Below are positions 39,099 through 43,444 of a stretch of DNA of 43,444 nucleotides, piece by piece. The notes under the pieces are model-generated. The model worked only from the letters and a program-made list of their open reading frames with translations. It was not told the origin of the DNA and made no database searches. The position numbers and the translations under genes were made by a program. Source of the stretch: Limisphaerales bacterium (GTDB taxonomy: Bacteria; Verrucomicrobiota; Verrucomicrobiia; Limisphaerales; JAHDYP01); the NCBI GenBank assembly GCA_049451415.1, contig JBMTVN010000003.1, positions 1-43,444 on the forward strand. Reading direction: 5' to 3'. Position 1 is the first letter of the stretch; every line of letters starts with the position of its first letter.

Positions 39099-40915
39099 GT
39101 TATCAGCCGATTGAAAACTACGGGATTATCGGGGACCTGAACACCGTGGCCCTGGTGAGCATGGAGGGATCCATCGACTTTCTCTGCTTCCCCAACTTTG
39201 ATTCGCCATCGGTCTTTGCCGCCATCCTCGACTGCCAGAAAGGCGGCTTCTTCCAGATCGCCCCCGTCCTCGAAGGGTATCGGCGCAAGCAACTCTACCT
39301 GCCGGATTCAAACATCCTGCTCACGCGGTTTCTGGCGCAGGATGGCGTTGCGGAGGTCTCGGATTTCATGGCGCTGGGCAAGGGCGTGACCGGGCGCTGC
39401 ATTGTGCGTCGCGTCAAGGCAGTGCGCGGTGACGTCCGCTTCCAGATGACCTGTGCTCCTCGGTTTGATTACGGCCGGGCCACACACCGCATTTACGGTC
39501 GCTCAGAGAGCTGGACTTTCGTATCGGATGAAGCGACCCCGTTGTCGCTGCGTTTGCGGAGTTGTGTCCCGATGGAGCGCAGGGAAGGGGATGTCGTGGC
39601 GGAGTTCCATCTGCAGGCCGGTCAGACGGCCTTCTTCGTGCTGGAACTCGCGGAGTCGGAGCACACTGACTTTCTGCCGGCCACCACCAATACCACGGTG
39701 TATTTCAACGAGACCCTGAACTACTGGCGGCGTTGGATCGGGCGTTGCCAATACCGGGGACGCTGGCGCGAGATGGTCCATCGGTCCGCGCTGGCGTTGA
39801 AACTCCTGACCTCCGCCCGGCATGGTTCGACCGTGGCAGCCGCCACCTTTGGTTTGCCGGAAGACATCGGTGGCGAACGGAACTGGGACTACCGCTTCAC
39901 CTGGGTTCGCGACAGCTCACTGATCCTGAGGGCCCTGATGCGACTGGGCTATGTCGAGGAGGCAGAAGGCTTCTTCCGGTGGCTGGAGCGTCGGATCAGC
40001 GGTATCACCGGCGAGGCCCCGCTGCGCATCATGTATGCGCTCGATGGCAGGCATGACCTCCACGAGGAAAGCCTGGACCACTTCGAGGGATACCGTGGCT
40101 CACGTCCGGTCCGCATCGGCAACGGTGCACACGACCAGTTGCAGCTGGATATCTTCGGGGAGCTCATGGATGCCCTCTTCCTGTTCGATACGTTTCGTCG
40201 GCCGGTGACCTACGATGCCTGGACCCGGGTCGTGTTGATGCTGAACTGGCTGGAGGAGCGCTGGCACCTGCCCGACGAGGGGATCTGGGAAGTGCGCGGC
40301 GGTCGACAGGAATTCCTGTTCTCCCGGGTGATGTGCTGGGTTGCGTTTGACCGGGCCATTCGCCTGGCCAAGAAACGGTCGTTTCCGGCTCCCGTCACCA
40401 AGTGGAAACGGATCCGGCAGGCGATTCGGGACGATGTGGACCGCCACTTCTGGAACAGTGAGCTTGGATGTTACGTGCAGCACAAGGGCTCGAGTGCTGT
40501 CGATGCCTCCAGTCTCCTCTTTCCCATGCTGGGATTCGTGGGCCCCCACGAAACGCGGTGGTTCTTCACCATGCGTCGCATCGAGGAGAAATTGGTCCAG
40601 GACTCGCTCGTGTTCCGCTACGACACCGAGAACGCGGCCTCGGACGGGCTGCGCGGGGGAGAGGGCACGTTTACCATGTGCTCCTTCTGGTATGTCGAAT
40701 GCCTGGCGCGCTCAGGCGATCTGCAAAAGGCACGCTTCCTGTTCGAGAAAGCCCTCGGTTATGCCAACCACCTTGGGCTCTATGCAGAAGAACTGGGTCC
40801 CTGTGGCGAGCACCTGGGCAACTTCCCGCAAGCCTTCACCCACCTCGCACTCGTGAACGCCGCCTTTGAATTGGACCAGCGCCTCAATAAAGAGGCCGCA
40901 GCCTCTCAGCCGTGA
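39095..40915 (+). CDS. Glycoside hydrolase family 15 (trehalase/glucoamylase-like)
   Basis: IENYGIIGD..T.ALV, GLPE.IGGERNWDYRFTWVRD, QLDIFGE, DEGIWEVRG, LGNFPQAFTH. Confidence 0.93.
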   Translation: MSYQPIENYGIIGDLNTVALVSMEGSIDFLCFPNFDSPSVFAAILDCQKGGFFQIAPVLEGYRRKQLYLPDSNILLTRFLAQDGVAEVSDFMALGKGVTGRCIVRRVKAVRGDVRFQMTCAPRFDYGRATHRIYGRSESWTFVSDEATPLSLRLRSCVPMERREGDVVAEFHLQAGQTAFFVLELAESEHTDFLPATTNTTVYFNETLNYWRRWIGRCQYRGRWREMVHRSALALKLLTSARHGSTVAAATFGLPEDIGGERNWDYRFTWVRDSSLILRALMRLGYVEEAEGFFRWLERRISGITGEAPLRIMYALDGRHDLHEESLDHFEGYRGSRPVRIGNGAHDQLQLDIFGELMDALFLFDTFRRPVTYDAWTRVVLMLNWLEERWHLPDEGIWEVRGGRQEFLFSRVMCWVAFDRAIRLAKKRSFPAPVTKWKRIRQAIRDDVDRHFWNSELGCYVQHKGSSAVDASSLLFPMLGFVGPHETRWFFTMRRIEEKLVQDSLVFRYDTENAASDGLRGGEGTFTMCSFWYVECLARSGDLQKARFLFEKALGYANHLGLYAEELGPCGEHLGNFPQAFTHLALVNAAFELDQRLNKEAAASQP

Positions 40916-41286
40916 TGCTCGTTTTGCCGACGGGCAAGGTAGGCATCAAGCTCAGCCATATCCTTGAACACCGCGACGCCCGGGAGCGCCTGGATAATAT
41001 CGAATACCTCCCGGATCTGCGGCTGCATGTTCACAAACGAGGCCTGGCCGCCGTCGGCCTTCACCTTCTTGTAGCTGGCCAGCAGCACGCGCAGGCCGGC
41101 GCTGCTGATGAAGCTCAGCTTGCCCAGGTCAAACACCAGGTTCTTCACCGGGTTCCCCAGAATCGGGCTCAGCTTGGTCTCAAGTGCCGGAGAGGTCCCC
41201 GCGTCCAAGGTGCCGTTGACTTCGACGGTAATGGTGCCCGAAGCCGGGCCTTCCATCGTGCGCTTGATCTGAATATCGAGAGGCAT
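40906..41286 (-). CDS. STAS-domain anti-sigma-factor antagonist
   Basis: G.LD....P.L, LVFDL..LSFISSAGLRVL (phospho-Ser motif), Q.REVF; ATG 41286 preferred. Confidence 0.88.
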   Translation of the reverse strand: MPLDIQIKRTMEGPASGTITVEVNGTLDAGTSPALETKLSPILGNPVKNLVFDLGKLSFISSAGLRVLLASYKKVKADGGQASFVNMQPQIREVFDIIQALPGVAVFKDMAELDAYLARRQNEHHG

Positions 41287-41438
41287 AAGAGGTGTTTCGA
41301 CGATTAAAGGGCTTATGGCAAGTAGGAAGGAGCGTTGTGCGGGTTTTCCAAGGACTGTAAGACCTGCGCAAGCCATGTCACACGGACCAATCAAAATGAG
41401 GGGTTGGCAAATCGGCGCAGGTCTGCGATGCGGTCAAC

Positions 41439-42290
41439 ATGCAGCACGATGATAGGCCCGGTCGGAACAAAGACTCTGCAAGCTGGCAACTGGCGATGGT
41501 GCAGATGCGTGTGGATGGCGGTGACCTGGAAGGGAACCTGTCGCGCGCTGAGCAGCGGATTGCTGCAGCCGCCGGCGAGGGGGCTCAGCTGGTGGTGTTG
41601 CCGGAAGCGCTGGATCTTGGCTGGACCCACTCCACGGCCAGACAGCTGGCAGACACGATTCCCGGCGGCCTGGCTTATGAACGACTGGTAGGGGCGGCTC
41701 GCCACCATGCGGTCCATGTCTGCGCCGGCCTGACCGAGAGGGCAGGGGAGCGCGTTTACAACTCCGCAGTGTTGATCAGTCCCAACGGGGACCTCCTCTC
41801 CATGCATCGCAAACTGAACGAACTGGAGATCGGGCACGCCTGCTATGATCAGGGCGACCGGCTCGGGGTGGTCGACACGGAGCTGGGCAGGATCGGGGTG
41901 ATGATCTGCGCCGATGCCTTTGCCCGTGACGAAGTCATCACCCGGACACTGGGCTGGATGGGGGCGGACATCATCATCTCGCCCTGTGCCTGGGCTGTCC
42001 CGGCCGACCATGACCCGCTGCGCGAGCCCTATGGACAGCTGTGGCAGGACTGCTATGGCCGGGTAGCGCGGGATTTCAGGTTGTGGATTGCCGGCGTCAG
42101 CAACGTGGGCCGGCTCAGGGAGGGCCCGTGGGCAGGGCGACTCTGTATTGGATGTTCCTTGCTGGTGAGTCCGGGGGGATCCGTCCACACCAAGGGATCC
42201 TATGGAGTGGATGCGGATGAGATCCTGTACGCAAACATCTCCCCTGAGCCTCGTCCGGGCCGGGGAGATGTTTGGAATACCCGATTTTGA
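41439..42290 (+). CDS. Carbon-nitrogen hydrolase (nitrilase superfamily)
   Basis: Catalytic triad motifs VLPE, HRK, G.MICAD; YNSAVLI. Confidence 0.9.
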   Translation: MQHDDRPGRNKDSASWQLAMVQMRVDGGDLEGNLSRAEQRIAAAAGEGAQLVVLPEALDLGWTHSTARQLADTIPGGLAYERLVGAARHHAVHVCAGLTERAGERVYNSAVLISPNGDLLSMHRKLNELEIGHACYDQGDRLGVVDTELGRIGVMICADAFARDEVITRTLGWMGADIIISPCAWAVPADHDPLREPYGQLWQDCYGRVARDFRLWIAGVSNVGRLREGPWAGRLCIGCSLLVSPGGSVHTKGSYGVDADEILYANISPEPRPGRGDVWNTRF

Positions 42291-42308
42291 ACGCTCTCTG
42301 GAGCGAGC

Positions 42309-42442
42309 CTAGCAGGCTGACAAAAGCGGGTGCTTTGGAGGTCGCGAACTCTTGTTGTGATGCAGGGCTCAGTTGGAGGCTTCTCCGACCACAGGGTGGG
42401 TCCTGTAGACTGGATGCTCGGAAGCCGCCTGAACGCTGCGGT
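42309..42442. repeat. Copy 1 of a ~130-bp direct repeat (orphan IS right end)
   Basis: Aligns by eye with 42722-42856; starts CTAGCAGGCTGA, like IS5-family ends (CTAGCAGGCTG.TGAAAA). Confidence 0.75.
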
Positions 42443-42512
42443 TGATCGGATTTTTCGGTTGCCCGGGTCGTGCACCCATCCAACCCCTAACCCCTCCGCC
42501 TCACCCACTCCT

Positions 42513-42553
42513 GCTCGTACGGATTATCGGGACACGTGCGCCAATAATCCGTA
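42513..42553. repeat. Palindromic REP-like repeat, copy 1
   Basis: TACGGATTAT...CACGTG...ATAATCCGTA. Confidence 0.7.
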
Positions 42554-42652
42554 ACCCCAGCACCAGCAAAATCCTCAGGGCCAATGACTGAAAATCCAAA
42601 AGGGACCAAAAATGGGCCTTTTTAGCCAAAGTCTCCCCCCTGCTCAACCACA

Positions 42653-42696
42653 GCTCGTACGGATTATCGAGACACGTGGGCCAATAAATCCGTACG
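42653..42696. repeat. Palindromic REP-like repeat, copy 2
   Basis: CGTACGGATT...CACGTG...AATCCGTACG, near-identical to copy 1. Confidence 0.7.
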
Positions 42697-42721
42697 CGGG
42701 CCAGCCAAATCGATCACTCCT

Positions 42722-42856
42722 TTGGCAAGCTGATGAAAAGCGGGGACTTTGGAGGTCGCGAACTGTTGTTGTGGTGCTGGGCTCAGTTGGAGGCGCCTCA
42801 GATCACAGGGTGGGTCTTGTAGACTGGAGGCTTGGAAGCCGCCTGAACGCTGCGGT
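42722..42856. repeat. Copy 2 of the ~130-bp direct repeat (IS right end attached to the transposase remnant)
   Basis: Shares AAAAGCGGG..CTTTGGAGGTCGCGAACT, GGGCTCAGTTGGAGGC, CACAGGGTGGGTC, GGAAGCCGCCTGAACGCTGCGGT with copy 1. Confidence 0.75.
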
Positions 42857-43391
42857 CCATCTCAACCGGTTCATGCCGACCTTCTTGGCCGGTGGCCTGA
42901 GTTTCGGTATCTCGGTGTCCCGGATCGAATGATTGGCGAGGTCATCTCCTGATCCTTGCTAACGAAGCTTTTCATGCGTGCCCAAGCCTCCCCACGTGTG
43001 CCATCGGCGGTGAAGTGTTGATTACTGGTCCAGCCTTCCTTGGGAGGTCATGCACTTCGGCAAAGAACAACCGTGCCGCATCCGCTGAAAGCACCCGCTT
43101 GTAGTTGTGGGAGAACACCGTCGGGTCAAAGCTGCACTCATCCGGATCGCGGTCCAGGAGACAAAGCCACGGAAGGTTGCAGGCCGGTTGCTCACAGAAC
43201 AAACGCTCACTGGGAACCGAATAGAGAGCCATCAGGATCCGGCTCTTGAGCAGCTGGTCCGGTGGAATCGAGGGGCGTCCTCCTTGGGGCTACAACTCAT
43301 TGAGCAGTCCAGAGAGCCAGCCCAGCACCTGATCCACCCGCGTCATGCTTCCTTGAAGCGGATGATCAGCAGGAATGTGTTTTCCGCGCAT
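42857..43391 (-). pseudogene. IS5-family (DUF772-type) transposase pseudogene
   Basis: MRG..IPADHPL, in-frame TAG at 43290-43292, GRPSIPP..LLK..ILMALYSV.SERLFCEQ, FD.TVFS.N, then frameshifted HFTADGT..EAWA.MKSF; catalytic core apparently deleted. Confidence 0.85.
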
Positions 43392-43444
43392 CGGACCTGT
43401 AGGCGTAGCTCCCCGAATGGGGTTGCATCCAACCTCAGACCTTT

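Noticed and set aside
42513-42696. Possible mini-CRISPR or integron attC pair
   Set aside because: Only two units, a ~100-bp spacer, no cas or intI genes, and no RYYYAAC/GTTRRRY ends

Overview
A GC-rich bacterial chromosomal segment. The gene content (DUF1552, DUF1080, paired ThuA-domain proteins, BBP2-type porin, PUR-domain protein) suggests a PVC-superphylum organism, probably Verrucomicrobiota; this is an inference. It is mostly housekeeping: clpP-clpX, aminotransferase, ftsK, pepP, dnaN-lspA-miaA-hflX-radC-lpxA, apbE-uppP, cinA-like-glnS, SPFH-PH-Arc-nadD-rsfS, a keto-sugar catabolic cluster, mnmG, thyA-folA-murJ-GH15, STAS and a nitrilase-family gene. It ends in a decayed IS5-family element with a duplicated end. 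No rRNA, tRNA or CRISPR array was seen, and I found no clearly novel multi-gene system. The strongest signals concern chromosome architecture: (1) an oriC-like DnaA-box cluster upstream of dnaN with no dnaA beside it; (2) a perfect parS palindrome inside a lineage-specific insertion of the mnmG coding sequence; (3) a local, transcription-independent G/C strand-skew sawtooth that flips near parS/mnmG rather than at the DnaA boxes. Other oddities are a CinA-like protein with an apparent signal peptide and a dead PncC domain, and an unannotated 39-aa membrane microprotein. All assignments are by eye from motifs; no searches or computations were run.
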